From Mobula hypostoma (taxonomy: Eukaryota), in assembly GCF_963921235.1 (NCBI RefSeq), contig NC_086097.1, positions 29,762,001-29,826,000 on the forward strand: 64,000 bases of DNA. Reading direction: 5' to 3'. Position 1 is the first letter of the stretch; every line of letters starts with the position of its first letter. The translations under genes were made by a program, and so were the position numbers. Positions 63,517 to 64,000 of the stretch are shown piece after piece. The notes under the pieces were generated by a model. It saw nothing but the letters and a program-made list of their open reading frames with translations. It was not told the origin of the DNA and made no database searches.

Positions 63517-64000
63517 ATCATAACTAATTTATTATCCCTCTCAACCCTATCCTCCTGGCTTCTCCCTGTAACCTTTGACTCCCTGACTAATCAAGAAACT
63601 ATCAACCTCTGCTTCAAATACACTCAATGACTAGTCCTCCACAGCCGTCCATGGCAGTGAATTCAACAGATTCACCACCCTCTAGCAAAAGAAATTCCTC
63701 CTCATCTCTGTTATAAAGGAGCGTTCCTGTATTCCTACTCCAGGAGTCTTAGACACCCCCCACTATAGGAAACATCCTCTTCATGCCCACTTTATATTCG
63801 ATAGGTTTCAATGGGATCCTCCCCTTGGTCTTCTGAACTCCAGTGAGTCCAGGCCCAGAGCCATCGATCGCTCCTCACATGTTAACGTTCTTAATCCCAG
63901 AATCATTCTCCTGATCCTCCTCTGGACCCTCTCCAATACCAGCACATCTTTTCTGAGATAAAGGGGCCCAGAACTGTTCACAATACTCCAAGTGCAGTCT
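63517..64000 (-). mobile_element. CR1 LINE 3' region (its tail continues at ~61470-61536 on the other side of the MITE)
   Basis: Reverse complement reads gactgcacttggagtattgtgaacagttctgggcccc... through the CR1 3' UTR. Confidence 0.85.

Overview
This is vertebrate nuclear DNA, most of it repeats. The repeat families (CR1 LINEs, V-domain tRNA SINEs, Penelope-like elements) suggest a cartilaginous fish such as a ray or shark; that is an inference. One host gene is present: HHIPL1 on the minus strand. Exons 2-8 have GT-AG sites and matching phases, a candidate short terminal exon lies at 27446-27675 with no SRCR domain visible, and exon 1 is outside the window to the right. The rest is nested transposable elements: CR1 LINEs, Gypsy-type solo LTRs, a class I (epsilon/gamma-like) ERV gag fragment, mariner, hAT and Harbinger MITEs, a fossil Charlie-type hAT transposase, RTE-derived short elements, and Penelope-like elements with minimal hammerhead ribozyme motifs. 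The most striking observation is a non-autonomous Gypsy LTR element (28188-32371). Most of its pol is replaced by an intronless, internally deleted piece of a sarcomeric myosin heavy-chain rod (MYH16-like) that stays in one reading frame, which looks like host mRNA capture. All homology calls come from motif recognition by eye; no database searches were run, and repeat boundaries without TSDs are approximate.
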